Counted from the first letter of the stretch, positions 1-15,578 are shown. The stretch is 64,000 nucleotides of DNA from Geosiphon pyriformis uo1 (GCA_016748015.1 JAAOMT010000109.1:83820-147819); one strand, 5' to 3'. Translations and numbers: made by a program. Notes: generated by a model from the sequence alone, not told the origin.

Positions 1-559
1 TTCAATTTCTAATTATTGTGTGTATTTATGTATTTTTTTTCTAGAAGCTAAACTGAAATCTACTTGCTGTTTGAAGTTTTCTTTGAGGCTATTCTTGCAA
101 TTGCCTAATGTGTTTCTCTAATCTAAAAATACAGAATGTTAATAGCCTTTAATGCTTTTCTTAATTCTTATCATAAAGTTTTTATCAATTAGTAATAATA
201 TGAATAATTTTAATTAAGGATTATTCTTCCAAAAATTTAACTAATGAATAATGATTTCATTCAATAAATAATACAAATAAGTTTTTTAATACTTTGAATT
301 GTAATCATTCAGTTTTCAATATTTTTTTCATTTCTTTTTAATTAAAGATTTTTGTGGATATTTATTTTAAAAGTAAAGATTAGAAAATAATTAAAGTAGA
401 ATTGTTGAATGAATTTTTTGATAACTTGTTTTTATGATTTGTTGTTTTTCTTAATATTAAAGTTACTGTATATATATATGTTTGTAGTTTTACAAGAAAA
501 CACATTATAATACTTTTTTTTTGGTATCTCAACCTGGTGTTTGCTACTATTACTAATTG

Positions 560-1054
560 GTATTAATCACTATAGTGAATTAGTGCTTGCCACTATCATA
601 AGATAGTGTTTGCTATTATATTAATTATTACTTTTCTAGAATTATTACTATGTTATATTATAATTAAATAATTTATATTATTTTATGATTCTTTTGCTAT
701 ATCTTTGAATCATAACACCACTCTTTTTGTTTTAAAAATAATTGCAGCCAAATCCAGAAGAGGCCCACTATTAATACCAATCATGCTATTGTTTTTGTTA
801 TTACTAAATATACTGTCCACATTCGAATATATACTATTGTTTAATCCAGACTTTACCAAAGATATATTTTTTTTATCACTAGAGTGTTTGACATTTTCAA
901 AAACAACTTTTTTTTTCTGAAAGAAAAAACTACCAGCAAGACTATAAAAAGCACTTTTAGATCCTTTTTTTTTAGATATGCTACTACTTAAAGCCATTTT
1001 TAAGTTCACAATAAAAAGATTGTTAGTTAAAAAAATATTGAAATAAAATAACAA
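560..1054 (-). mobile_element. Decayed 5' part of a non-LTR (LINE-like) retrotransposon ORF1/gag
   Basis: ORF 710-1054 (KKGSKSAFYSLAGSFFFQKKKVVFENVKHSSDKKNISLVKSG...GPLLDLAA) resembles, from recall, the N-terminus of glomeromycotan LINE-type gag proteins. It is CpG-depleted and breaks up downstream. Confidence 0.45.
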
Positions 1055-1383
1055 GAAAAAATAAAACTTTTTTATTAAAAAAAATGCTCTTTAGAGAATT
1101 TTAAATATAGGAAAAAAAGAAGTTTTTTTGATATTTTTTTAGATTAAAAAAGTAAATTTTATTATAGTTAGTATTATAAAACATCTTGATAATATAGTAC
1201 TTATTTTTTTAAAATTTAGAATTAGATATAATTTAAAAATATCAAATTTTATTCTTTTTCTTTAACCCATTTTTTTTAATATAGTTTTCAATAGTTATAT
1301 AAATAAAAAATAACATAATTTTATTATTATTATATATTACAAATGATATTTAAATGCTACCTAATATCATATATCATATAAGT

Positions 1384-1455
1384 AATCTAAATTAGGTACA
1401 AATTATGCTCTTACTACATGTAATCAGTCACTCAGGCCAATTAAAACAACACTAA
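1384..1455 (+). repeat. Dispersed repeat (probable retroelement terminal segment), homologous to 60856-60930
   Basis: taatctaaattaggtacaaattatgc...cagtcactcaggccaattaaaacaacacta aligns with tgatctaaattagacactaattatgc...tagttacttagaccaattaagaacacatta at 60856. Confidence 0.55.
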
Positions 1456-3700
1456 GTAACTACATAAACTGAAGCTAAGTTACTAATATCTGAAAAAAAT
1501 AAGCAAGATCTATAAAGACCAAAATGAATACCAAATACCTCAGCAATTTCAAACAACTTAACAACATCAGCAAAAAACCCCCAAAAAAGCCCAAAAACTG
1601 AAACAAAAATTGAACTATTAAGTAAGATCAATCTATTTCTTTTTATAAAAGCATAATGTTTAGTATAAACCGACCAAATATTATCTCTGAAAGTGAAACA
1701 AAGAGCACACAAAAATTTCACAACCCTTCAACTTGCAATTTTGGGATTATGAAAGACAAAAATAGCTTTTTGGAGCTAACTCTTAAAAACAAAACCCTTA
1801 TAAAGAGCTGTATATACAGAAACATCAGAAGCACAAAATAACAGAAGCTGAAAAACATGAAAAAAGGAGCAAAAAAAACCAGAAACACCCTCTAGTAAGC
1901 TGCATAGGCATTTAACAATTGACAATAAATAGAATTGTCAGCTTTATAAGAGGGCACATAATCTAAAATCTTAACATTATTACAATACAAACATAATCAT
2001 TAAGTAGCATTTGTTGTATAAGTGCTTTCAAATAGCAACAGGCAGCCAATAATGTAAAGTTTTTATGAAATAAGTGTGTATACTGATAAAAAGTTTGTTT
2101 GTGAAACCTGCAGCTATGTGCAAATCAAAATGTCATACCAAAGAAAAACTGAATTAGTTAATGTCTGAAAACAAATCATCCACCAGAATTTTAGAACCAG
2201 AACTAATCTTTTAGCATGCATAATAAACAGATCCAAAAATATCACAAAAAAAATATCTAGAGTTACCAGAAACAACACTACTACCAGCCATAATATAGTG
2301 TTTTTTTTAATAAAGAAGAAGATACCAATTAAAGAAAAAAGTGGCAGCAGCAAGAGCATTAGCATGTTCATTATTTAAAACACTTAAGCAATCTTTTACC
2401 TTGTGTTATTTAACCCATAATTTATATATTTGTTTAGAAAAATAAAAATAAAATTGTGTTAATTTCTTTAAAATTGAAATAAAAAATACAATAGTAATCT
2501 ATTCTACCAAAAATAATAAATATTATATTTTTGATTATAATAATTTTAAAACAATTTTTACAACATACTACTACTGAATTAAAGTAATAAATAAAAAATA
2601 AGTGATAGAAAAAAAATTAGGCTTGTATATAATTACTATAATATATATAAAAAATGAATAAAAGAAAAAAATATATATAAATAAAAAAATACAAAAATAT
2701 TTTATTGTATTTGATATCAAAAAATATAGAATTATACCAATAAAAATATAAAATAAAACTAAAACTAGTATAGTTTTATAATTTAAATTATTAATTATAT
2801 ATAAGTAAAAAAATAATATAAATAAAAATATTAAAGCAATCACTTCTATAATTTATGAGTTATATATATAAAAGTAGTCTATTATATTATTATTATAATA
2901 CTTATTAATAATAAAACATTGAAAATTATTGAGATTAATGTCAATTTAATAAAGTTTTTAATTATATATAAGAATACAAATAGAAAAATAAATAATATAA
3001 ATAATACTAAGACTTGAATAATTATAGATCTGTATTTTGTAAGCTTATATATTAGAATTAACACAAATAAAAAAATTGCAGTAATAATAATATAAAAGAT
3101 TTATTTTTTTATTTTAAAATTAAATATATTAAAAAATAGTAATCTTATGAATATAATGATAAAGGTTTTTTTTAATAATATTGTTTTTTTTATAACAATA
3201 AATAGATAAGAAATTATGTTTCAAAATTTTAAATAATCCTAGTTTTTATAATCAAAAAAATATACCAATTTTTATATAATAAGCTAAAAATAATACTATA
3301 TATGTAAAATAAAAATAAAATTTAATAAATTATGTAGTATAATTATAGTTAAAAAACTGATTATAATAACAAAAAATTTTATTCATTGTGAGATATTTAA
3401 AAAAATTTATTATTCTGTTGGATTTATTCATATTCAAACAAAATATTAAGATGATTAAAATTTATAACCTTAGAATATTTAAACATAGTGTTTTTTTTTT
3501 TATGTTTCTAAAAATTAAAATGCATATATTTACATCTGATAGATATTAATAAATAAATAAAATAGCTCTTTTTTACTATAATATTTTTAACAATAATTTT
3601 ACACCAAATATTATCTTAATTGATCAGAAAAATTAAACTCGAATTGTTGGTAGTTATTCAAAAAAGAAGTTCAAAGAACACAGAATATATTTGTATCTAA
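1456..3700. mobile_element. Heavily decayed retroelement-like sequence
   Basis: Nearly CpG-free, AT-drifted sequence with only low-complexity ORFs, following the repeat at 1384. Family not assignable by eye. Confidence 0.3.
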
Positions 3701-6700
3701 ATATATTTTCTGTATTTTATACAACTAAAATATAAAAACAATATATAATTTAGTATTATATTATCTTTTATTTTTACTTTCAACTTGAAAAAAATACAAA
3801 AAAATGACACAAAAATTAGGACATTTTCTCAAAATAAGAATTATATAACTTTTTTTTTTATAATTTTAATCTTATTACAAGTTTTAAATTCTTTATAAAG
3901 TTTTTTTTTTTCAATTAATATTAATAATAATAAATATAAAAAATCTAGTAACTTGTTAATTTAATATTTATTACATCAATTATTTTTTTTTAATCCTAAC
4001 TATTTGACTATTTTTTTATTAATTTAAGTTCATAATAATTAAAAGTTTGTATGAAAATTTCGAATTCTTTTAAGATATTTGAAAATAAAATATTTTTATC
4101 AAATATCTAAAGAAACACATTGAGCCTCACTATAAGTATTGCATAAAAGTTGTTTAGTTACCATATATTTATAGCCAGAAGAGTATTCGCCACAGAAAAA
4201 AAGAGCAAAACATTATAGACATATAAGCTCTGTTTAAAAAAAAACCGAGTTAAGAGTAAAAAAAAGAGTGAGATAAGTGTTGAATTAATTTAATTGAATT
4301 TAATTTATTTAATATTATAAATTAATTCTTGGTTACTAGCAGAAGAAGTAGAAACAAAGATGGCAAAAATATTAATATGAACAAGATTTAAAAGTTTTTC
4401 ATTTTAGAATATAATTTTGTTCAGTTTGAAAGAGAAATAAAGATTTTTGGATTTTTTTCTATCATGTTTTCTTTCTATTATAATAGGTTTTTATGTTGAT
4501 CGTTTAAAATGAGCTGTGTGACAATTTTTAATTAATTTTTGTAATCTTTAAGAAAGCCACTCCCTCAATAGAAAATAGAAATTAATTAATTTTAAATTTG
4601 GAATTACATAAAATTTTTTTGCTTGTTTGTTTATTTAAAATGACGAAAAAAAATAAGAAAGTTTTTGTTTATTTCTATTAAAAAATATTAAACGTTGGTA
4701 TCTAACAAAAATAAATGATTAGAAATGCTAATTTAATATTATATAGTATTTAAAAGTATTAAACATACTTTGAACTTATGTCTTCTAGAATTTTCAAACA
4801 GTATTTTGAAGAAGATAAAAGCATTATCAAAAAATATTAACATTTTTAAGGTCAAAATGCTAAAACCAAATTATTTTTTTAAATTTTGATTTTTATTAGT
4901 GTTACATTAAATGTCAAAGAGCCAGACCTACTTCAGGATAAATAATTCTTAAAATCTTGGACTATTAATTTGATTTTGATAATTACAAATTTTCTGTTGG
5001 GCTTTGAGAAATTTATTATTTATACTTGGACAATATCCTAAAATATGAATATAATCTATTTGATATATATTCTTTGACTTTGGATTATGTCTACTTACAA
5101 ACAATTTTGCCACAATGAAAACAGCAACAACAACAGAAAAAGCAATATAGAAGAAAAAGATATATGAAATTCTATACATTTTATCAGGAGTTTTAAGAGG
5201 AGAAAGTCTATAATTGCTAGTAATATTTATAGTGTTTCCATATTATTATTCGATTAGCAACAGATAAGTTTTCTTTTCATAATTGTTTTTATGATTATAT
5301 TTTTATAATAGTTATTTTAAATAGTCAAAGACCTAAGATAATCTCCCCATTTATTCTACTTTGTATTGTTGTGGAAAAAGTTTCAAGGAAGTTGTGAGAA
5401 CTTTAGAAAAAGTTGAAAGATTCTACAAATAAAGAAAAATCTACAGGTAAAAATTTTACAGATCAAGGTTAAAACTGTGTTTCCAGTTTTTAAAATCTGA
5501 TAAACATGTAAAAAAAATGATAAAGAACAAATCGACAACAAATTATTCAACAACAAAAACAACAATAATGTTAAAATTTCATCCAAGAGCAGTTTATACA
5601 GGTGTGTTTTAACTTTGCAGAATAGGAGAACCTGAAGGTTAGTTTATTTAATTAAAAAAGATTTTTACATTATTAATTTTCTAATTTAATATGCCAAAAT
5701 TTTAAAATAAAATTTATTTATCTTCTACAACTATGAGAGGATTCACATTTAGAAGATATTTAATAGATATATTTTAGATTATCTTGATTTATAAAAGTTA
5801 TACCGCCAAAAAAATGTATTAAAATTTTTAATAGTTCATTCATTTAAACTCATTATTATTAATTTAAAAAAAAATTATTTTTACACTTGAATTTAATATG
5901 CTTATAATAAAATAATGCTTTTAAATTATTATTTATTGTTATTTATTTAGACGACTTTAAATAATATATTTTTCTCATTAACAATTTAATTATATTTTTA
6001 ATAATGAATAATAATTATTTAATCTTGTATGTTCTTTTCTAATTAAATAAATTATTTCATAATTTGTAATGTGCATTTATTATTATATAAAACTTGTTAA
6101 TAATTAAATCAAAAATAACAATTTTGATGATTATATTAATAATATGTGTAAGTTTTTATTGCATATCTATTATTATTTATCAAAAAAAGTTTGAGGTTCA
6201 ACCACTATTTACCGAAATAAAATTAAAACTATTTTATAATAAACACAGTTCATATTTTGTTTACACATAACCAGCCATTCAAGCTAATCGAAGCAATACT
6301 ACATATTATAATTTAGATTTTAGCTAGCTTATAATTAGTAAAAATATGACCAACCAACAAGTAAACAATTAAAAACAATTAATTTTATTACATAAACCAA
6401 AATAACTTAAATGTTTTAATCTAAAAACAACTTAAATATTCAATTATTGTTACACTGAATTTTCAGTATCTTAGGTTGGGTTGTTGTATCATTTAACTTA
6501 TTAAATAATTATTCTTTTTTATAATTTGCTTTTAATCTTGCATTTGATAGCTATGTTAGCTGCACAAATGAATTTGCAATCTGATAATTCAGCTTTCTCA
6601 CACTTGATGTAAGTAGAACTTAGGTATTTGGTATTATAATTCTTTATTTAGCAATATATCTGCTATGCAAAAATTTTAGAATGTAAGTGGCATAAACTGG

Positions 6701-7696
6701 TCACTTTAGTGCTAGTGGATTCAGTTCTCATTTAAAATCTGAATGCCAAACCAAAACGTTTTTTGCTAATTTATATTATTCGTTAAATCTTTGTCTAAAT
6801 ATATTTTACACATTTCGCTTTTAAATTAGCAGCTTCATAGACACAACAGATGAAATTACAAGTATTATTCGAGACAAAATTGCCACTTTGGCTTTTCAAA
6901 AACCTTTTAGATATCCCATGCAGCAGTACCCCCTCAGAAAATGTTATATTTTTTTTCAATGATGATTTAGGTATTTTACATCTCTCCATCCAACATTTGT
7001 TGTGGAAATTCAGTCTGGCCTTTCTCAATTTCAAAGTACACATATGTATGACTGTTTAACTATCTGTATATATGTCACATATCTTTTCTTAGCTTTAATT
7101 AACGATTACAAAATTTTCCTATGTCAATGTAAATTTTTACTTAAAGTTGTGATTTGATTGAATTATTTTATAAAATACTGTTTTAATTTCGAGTATAAGT
7201 ATTTATTTTATTTTTAAATAATGAATACAAATTCCAAAAGCATTTCAAACCATTTTTGACTTATTATTCTGAGGTTTGAATCAAGAATTTTTTTTCAAAT
7301 GCAAACTGAAAATTCTGGTGCAAAAATAAGATTAAATAAGACAAATTAGGTACTTCGAATTTATTGGATAATACCTCTATTTTAAAAATATTGTTTAGAA
7401 GAACCTATTTATTAAAGAGTTAGTGTCTCGAAGCTGAGCTTATACTTTAAGTGAAATCTTCAGTCTTTTAAAAAGTATATTTTTTTATTTAATTACCAGT
7501 AAAAACCAAAACGTAATCGAAAATATAGTTTAAATTAGCAGAAAAACATAAATATGCATATAAAAGTTGTATTTCTAAAGACCTGACTTCAGAGATTACT
7601 TTTATTAAATGAATTTATAAATTCTAAAGCTTTTTCAATGTTAAAATAGGTAATATGGTATTCTTTTAACTTGAGCGTAGGGCTTAAAATAGTAAG

Positions 7697-9178
7697 CTAT
7701 AAAATATTCTGGTCATACTCCTCGATAAAAAAATTTACCCGCTGATTTTCTGATCCAGGTATTATAGCATGCTCATAATGTGCTGTCTTTTTACAATAGC
7801 ACCCTGGACAATTTTTGAAATCTTTGCCAACCACATAAATATCGAAATGAAATTGAGGTCCGGAAATTGGCCCACCAAAAGGTCCAAGTTTTCCAACAAA
7901 TTTGCTAAGTTTAGAATTTCCAGCTTTGCCATCTCCAAGGGAAAAAATAAGACTTGCCTTTCCATCAATTTCTTTATTCTGAAAGTGCCAAGACTGTGGG
8001 TTATAGCCGCCAATTACCTGACCAGTTCCTTCCACTTTGATTACGCTTACTGTTACTCCTTTATTATCGCATAATCAATGAAAATCGGCTGGACTGAATC
8101 CGTCTCGACTACCTCGAAGTAACAATTGGAAATCATTTTCAAGTTGATTTTCAAATGGAGTATTTTCATCTTTGCCTTGAATCCAATGATCAAGCTGTCT
8201 TATATTATGCGATCGAAGAAGTTTTGAATCAATATTTGATCGAGAAAAACGCATTGGCTGAGCGTCTATGAACTTTTGATGGCTACCCGGTACGAGATAA
8301 TGATGTAAAAGATCTTCATATAAAGTTCCAGGTAAGATTCTCGCAAATGGTTTTACTTTGTGATAAAAGTCAACTGAATATATGTTAAAGAACCGGATTA
8401 AAGGTAAAAGTCTTCCAATGGATTCCTTAAAGGCGTTAAAGTTTTCATCTGTCCAGTAAAGAACGTTCTTCATCTGAATATTGTTATCCAATTTAGCAAC
8501 TCCCCATTCCACAATCTTTTCCCATATTTCAGATTCTTCTATATTTAGGTCATCCCGGGTTAAAATTGAGGAAAGAGCATTTTCACTGAGGGAGGTAAAA
8601 TCTTACGAGTTGAAGACTATTGCTAGATTGTTAGCTGCTATTTCGGTGCAGAATTTTTGTAACTTTTTGAAAGAATCATGCATGAATGAAGTTTTCTGCA
8701 AAGTAGCGAAATTTTCTTCTGGCTCTTTTGCACGGTGTTCAATCAAATGGTCTTCAAGGGGATTCTAGAAGAAGCTCGTCAGCGGTAACGAGCAATTCTA
8801 AAATGGTGGATACTTCATGTTTATCAAGAGAAATCTCGCCATTATAAATATATCTGTGCAAGAAAATGAAACATATGAATTTATGCTAGCCAAAATACTT
8901 TGGAGCAAATGAAGACCTTTGCCTGAGAATTATATCAAAAATTTGGGTGAAATATTAGGTTTATCAAAGATAATGGTATTATTTTCTCTTTTAATCCTAT
9001 TACTAGAGAGTGCTAGAGCAAAATATGGTGATCTTGCTGCCAAAATTGGCGAATGAGCATGAAAAGTTCTAATATTAGGCGCTTCTCCAACAACAATCTT
9101 AACATCAGAGAATTTCTGGCTATCCAGTAAATTTCCAAAATCATTGGATAAAGCATGAAAGAATTGCTGGGGTGCCAT
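7697..9178 (-). pseudogene. BTB/POZ-BACK-TLDc domain protein pseudogene
   Basis: BTB (FSDVKIVVGEAPNIRTFHAHSPILAARSPYF), BACK (RDDLNIEESEIWEKIVEWG) and TLDc (LLLRGSRDGF, GGYNP) motifs. Lesions: frameshift at ~8940, frameshift at ~8760, in-frame TAA at 8603-8605, TGA at 8075-8077. Confidence 0.85.
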
Positions 9179-12100
9179 TGGTAAAAGATATAAAAAGCTT
9201 TGAAATATTGATATTTCAATCTGCAGTGTTTAAGGAAAGACATTTTCACAAAATCAAATCAGGCACCGAGCTTTATACTACATGTAATATGTGATTTGAC
9301 AGGTGATCGGGATATTATTTTAAATAAAAGTTCTAACCAATTAAATTAAAAACCACATTTTTAAAATTCAGTGTTTGCAAATGAATTTTAGTGTTAAAGT
9401 AAAATTAATTTATTTTAAAATTTCATTCACCTCTATTTTTAAATATTAGTTTTTGACCATATATAGAAATATTTAAAATATAATTGGCTAGTTAAAATAA
9501 GTTTATTTCCGTTACGGATATTTAATATGGGTTTTGAATAATTGATAAGTAATGTTAAACTCAAAATAATAATATGAATAAGCACGAATTATGAACAAAA
9601 TAAATAAAAATAAAATTTCTAATTACAAAAAATCTAATATTTTTATTTGTTAAAAGTCAAGAGCATAAAAACTGGCTTGAAACCTTAATAAAAAATAATC
9701 AAATTCAAGAGTAAATTAAGTAAATTTGAAATTTGAAATTTTTGGTTCTTAATTTTGAATCGGTGAACATGTAGTTGAATACGGAGCCAAATCAACATCC
9801 GGTATAAAGGTTGAAATCAAGAACTTGCAAATAATATTAAATTTTTTGATTTTTTTAAAATTTTTGGGAAGGTAATGCTTATATAAACACTCACATAAAC
9901 TCAAAAAGAAGCTTCTTTGACTTTAAGACTATGATTGCTCTTATCATAATTCATATTTTAGAAAAAATATAAGAATTTTGAATGTTTATAGGCGAATAAT
10001 ATTTTAGAAAAAAAGCCAACACAAAAACTGGCTTTGAAAAATAGCTGGAAGCAAAATTAATCATTTAAAAGTAGATTTGTGCAAGAGGTTATTATAGAAA
10101 ACCAAATGTGTTCACATTAAACAATATTGTGTTTATCTGCATAAGAAGCATCTGGGAAACTAATTTTTACAATCAATCAATTATATGTTTAATGTGGTTC
10201 TAAGAATGCTAAAGTATAAGGTTAATATATTTTTTGATTTGAGTTTCTAGAAAGAAAAAAATAAAATAATTCTAAATGTTTAAACAGTAATAATTTTAGA
10301 TACTATTGTCTTTGGTGCTTTGAATATATATTTGATTACATAATTGTTAATTTTAAAAAAAATTATTGGGATGTTGTCTCTTACCTATTTCTAAAACAGA
10401 AATTGGTCTTAAATTATTTTTTTGCTGTTTGGAAAAACTCTCAACCAATTTAAGAAAATTTTTTCAAAGCTTAATAAACCAAGGAAGCTAACATAAAATT
10501 TTGGCTGGTATTATTAAAACAAAAATGACACATAAACTAATTACATTTTAATATTTTGAAATTTTGAAATTTATTTTCCACTAATGATTTGTATGCATCA
10601 TCATTTATTAGTCAGTACTCATTCTAACTAATCAAAGATAGGTCAAAAAATACATGGAATCAAATGTTGAAATTATATAAATATTAAATTTCAAATTCTG
10701 AAAGCTGAGATAAATACTCCAAAAAAAGTTTTTGTGAACCTAAAAACATAAGAACAAAATATATTTCTCTAATTCTCTGCTGGCTGCTACTTTTTTAATC
10801 AAAATTGTGTATTGGCACAATATAAGGACAGAGTCTCAATACTTTTGAATCACATATTATCCAATAATAAATTGGCATCTTCAATCCCAAATTCTATTTT
10901 ACTACCTCCTCTTGTATTTGGAATTCAAACTAGTAAAATAAGATTTTGAATCAACTGAATTATTTTAATACTAAATTAAGTAATATCTTAAAATTAAGAT
11001 TGGATAAATATTTTATTCTGGTTTACAAAATATTTATAGCATAATCAATATTGAAGCTACTTGATTTGTCAACAATTTTAGCTATAATATCACTTCATGT
11101 ATTTGTTTTTGGTCAATATGCAGCTAACCACCAGAATTATCAATGCAATGTTTAAAAAAATGTAGAACCAGACTGGAACCTGAAACTAGATATAAAAAAA
11201 AATTGATTTCTTTAGAACTTAGTTTTTTCAAAGATTAATTCAAAAATAAATTTACTGTTTAACATGCTTTTTTATTTAATAATTTTCTGGATACAGTGCC
11301 CATGTTAAAAAGAAAATAAAATTGGAGACCATTTTTCTCAAATTGTAGGTTTTCCAAATAAGCTTAAAAATACTGTTCATTGGAGATACAAAATTTATTT
11401 GATTTTTAGCTTTCTGGTATCGATGGAGGCAGAGCAACATGGAAAGGTAACTTACTGAATAATATGTCAAGTTTTGTTACAAAAATTACGAATAAAACGA
11501 CATCTCCTAATGGTCCTAAAAATATTAATTGGCTTATAACTCAAATAACAGTTAATTAGGTGTGGTAAATTGTTAATTTAATTTAAAATTCAATAATAAA
11601 TTTTCAAATATGTAAATTGTTTGCCTTATAAGCCTAGAAAAATATTTTTAAACATCATTTATATGTTGGTAGTTAAAACTAAATATGGCCAGCACCACCA
11701 GATTTCTGGTATATAATTTTTAAAAGTTTAAAATAATTGAAATATTTTTAATTTTATCAAGATATTGAATAATTTAATTAATTAGTGGCACCCAAATACC
11801 AAAATGCACAAAATAAAGAAAGCCTATTTGGTCCAACACTAGTTTTTCACAGAACTATTATTTTATAGCACATCTGTTGACAACTCATCAGGTGGTAGTG
11901 ATAATAGTAATGATAACGGCGGTGTATTTTGACAGTTATATATTTGAACATATAGTTCTTTAACTTATTGCCAATTTTCTGTATTTTGCTACTGTTTTTT
12001 GTGGGTCAATAACAGAATATACACCAATCTTATTTTTACTTATTTTTTTTTCAATAATAAGCAAAAATGTTTGAGAAATTTTTTGTAAAGCATTTAAAAA

Positions 12101-12519
12101 GTGTTTTGTATATTTTGATCAAAGAACTATTTTTTTATGCTAAATGAAAATACATTTGTTTTAGAATTTTATTGACTCGATAAAAACATTTTTTGGTGTT
12201 TTATTTATTAATGTTATGAATATTACAAAAATTAGTAATTAATTAATTTTTTTCCAATATTTTTTAATTAGTGTATTATAAACAGATTGACTATTAAATA
12301 TTGTTATTTATTGATCTTTAAGGTATATAAACTGTTGTTTAATATTTTGTTAACAAAGAATAGTTTTTTCTAATGGCTTGAAAATTCAAGGCCAAAAACA
12401 TTGTTTTAATTTAAGAACTAGATTAATACTTAAAAAAAAAATGTTTTTTAACTCTTTTTTTTCTGAATTTTTATTTATTTTTAATTATTCATGCTTTTTC
12501 TAAAGAATTTAAAACTGCT

Positions 12520-12720
12520 GAATATCTTTATTGCAAAATGTTATTGTAGTTATACTTTGTTATTTCTTTAAAGAAAATTGGTTTTAATATTGATTTTAAT
12601 AGGTAATATTGTTATGTATCTATAGAATAAATATAAAACTTCTTAACCAGTTATATCATGGTTAACTTTCTATAAGCAAAGTGTACTAAAAGCAAAACTT
12701 TGTTTTATTAGTTTGGATTA
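12520..12720 (+). repeat. Dispersed degenerate repeat, second copy at ~59860-60050
   Basis: atctttattgcaaaat...ttatttctttaaa...ttttaatatt...tatagaataaata is shared by both loci. Confidence 0.6.
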
Positions 12721-13109
12721 GAAAATCAACAGTGGAATTTCTTTGTAAAAGACTATGAAGCTTTTCAAATTATAAAAAGATAAATGTGCAAAAGATTCTA
12801 TATGCTACTATTTATTATCCATTATAAAGTTAAAAGAATAACACTTTAGAAACTATAAATTGTATTAATAAAAAGTAATTTTTGAAGTTTAGATTTTATC
12901 ATAAACAAAAAAATAAAATACTCTTTAGCTGAAATATTCTCCGCTAATTAGATTTTAGATTTTTACTATGTGCTTATATATAAAAATACTTTTTATAAAT
13001 TTTCAATAAACTTTAACTCAAAAAAAATAAAATATAATCTCAGCTTCGAAATAATAATCCTTTAATAAACTAGATTTTTATTAAACAAAGTTTTTTGATT
13101 TTAAATCAT

Positions 13110-13240
13110 TTTCTGTTTGTATATTTAAAATTGCATAACTTTCTTTTTTCGTTGACTGTGATTGAATTCTCATTATTCAAGAGAAATACAATTGAAAATG
13201 CCTTTCAAATTATTAATAACATTAATTTTTGCTCTTTTCT
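13110..13240 (+). repeat. Dispersed degenerate repeat, second copy at ~56935-57060
   Basis: ttgactgt(g/a)att...tcaagagaaatacaattgaaaatg...attaataacatt...ttttgctctttt is shared by both loci. Confidence 0.65.
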
Positions 13241-15578
13241 TGCATAATCTCATTTTTGAATTTTAAAAGTTAACTGATAACAAAATTGGTTTCTGATATT
13301 AAGTTTTAAATATAAAGTTATTTTTCTGAATTATACTAAGCAGAATATTTTATGTTTAAAAGAATGCTGTATTTTTTTTATTTAATGGTGTGATATTGAG
13401 AAAAGACAGTCTAAATTTTTAAAGTTCTAAATTAAACATTTTATTTGTTATAGATTGAATTTGTCTTTATTGAATTTGACTTGAAAAACCTTTTTTAGTT
13501 TTAAATGAATTGCAATTAATTGTATTTATATAAACTTATATAAAAAAATAGATATTATATGAATTGTAATCATTTAAATAAATATTCTCAATTCTGAAAT
13601 GGTTTATTTTAAGCTACACTCGGACAACGTCCTATAATATGAAGCTTATAAGTAGATATTGAAGACCTTGAATTATGTAAAAAAAAATAAGAATTTTTGC
13701 TTGCATTGCAGTAATTTGGTTCATTGTTTAAAATATTCCATTGATTCTTTTTACACTTATTACCATCATTTGCTTCTGGATGAACTAATTTAATTTCAAG
13801 CTTTCCATGGTATAAATAAAATCCGGAAAGCTATTATAAAAGTTCAATTTGTTGAATTTTATCAATATCTTTTTTAAAAATTATCATTGAAAGTATTCTT
13901 GGAAGTTTGTATTTATGTTTCCTCTATGTGAATGCAGTTAATCAATTAATTGAACCATTTTCTCACCAACAACAATCAGGTCGAGGTTTCTAGCATTGAA
14001 AATTTCCAATTTTCTGAATTAAGATGTTCCGGATTTTCGATCCCATAAGAATATCACACAACCGAGTGGCTCACCTGAGCCCCAGTGGTTTCAATGCCAT
14101 ATCAGCGAGTGGTCTTTGTACGCCACTATTTCCCACTTCCATTTCTAATTCTGTGTGCCATGTCTCATTGTGTCAAGGAAATATCTTACCCACTAATTCT
14201 TTTACTATTAAAAATTTTAATATATCAGGTGAAGAAATTTAAAAAACCAACAAATTTAGTTGAATTTTTGAATAGAAATCAAATTTTATCATTGAAGTAA
14301 CCATTAATTAAACTCATGGGTTTTATCAAGCGTATCCTAAATTCGCTGTGGTTGAACACAATGCTACAAATTCCGAAAATCGAGTCATCCTGCTCAATAA
14401 ATCAAAGGGTTTTCGATTCGAGACTAAAACTCTTGGTGCAAGTGGTTTGGTAACTGGCCATAGAAATCCTAGATTGAATTTTGTAGGAGAAATTAATCGA
14501 TTATCATTAAAAAATTTCGTCAAACTGAACGATCAAATCTTTTCGATATAGAATAGGATTGTATCGAATAAAGGAAATATTTGAAGCAAACTATTTAAAT
14601 GCGGAAAGTTAATATAATCTTTTAAACTAAAATCAATTATTTTTCTTTATACGCTAAGTTTCAAAGCAGAATTTTGGCGCCAGCTTTTAATAGATAAATT
14701 CCAGATATGGTAAGAAAAAATAAATTGGAAATTATCAATTTTTTTGTGATTGGATATTTTAGGAAATCAAAGATACCATACACTACATATCTTTTCAAAT
14801 TATTCCGAGAAAAGAATAACTTACGGGTTTTTGAGTATTCTCAAAATGTCAAGATAATGATTTGTCAGCCATTCATTAATGACTTTCAGGATGCCTAATA
14901 TCATTAGCCTAATCTAAAAAGGAAATCTTAACAAGCAAAACCCCTTTGTTGACAAATAAAAAGATAAAATTATTTCCGTCATATCAATCTTTAACTTTGA
15001 TTTTCCTTACATTGATTAGATTGGTTCAAGTAAAAAGAAATCTTTAAAGAGGTATTTTTTAAATCGAGTCTTTTGAAAACCTTTGAATTCTTATTAAAAT
15101 AGCAATATAAAAAATCCAATTTAAGGATTCTTGAAAAAAATTGATGGTAAACGATAATTTTCATTAAAAAGAATCTAAATCTGAATCTGAATCTTCTATT
15201 TGAGTTGGCTGCTTCATAATTGAAAAAAATTATATGACACCATCCTATACAAGAACTTGGGTTTTGTGAGATAATATATATTAGTATTTGGGGTAAAGAT
15301 TCGCAAATAAGAGCAAATCCAAAAATTTTCACTATCAGTAAACAAAAATACGAACAGAAGTTTCCAGAAAGCATATCTTTGTACCATTAGGAATTGTCTT
15401 TAAAAAAAAGTTAAAGTAATCAATTACCTATGGGTAAATCTTTTTTTAAAATTAGTAATAGTAATTTCATTGAAAAACTTTAAAAAGACTTGGTTTGAAA
15501 TTATCCCTACGAATATGTGAAGTTGCTCAACAAAATTTTGTGAAATAAAATAACTTTAACCTGAAATTTTACACAATT

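Noticed and set aside
2114-3064. Hydrophobic ORFs resembling membrane proteins (also 30295-30528, 58868-59663)
   Set aside because: I/F/L/Y-rich translations expected from extremely AT-rich decayed DNA.
11800-11935. Gly/Asn-rich short reading (SVDNSSGGSDNSNDNGGVF) as another peptide precursor
   Set aside because: Internal stop, no CAAX and no promoter features.
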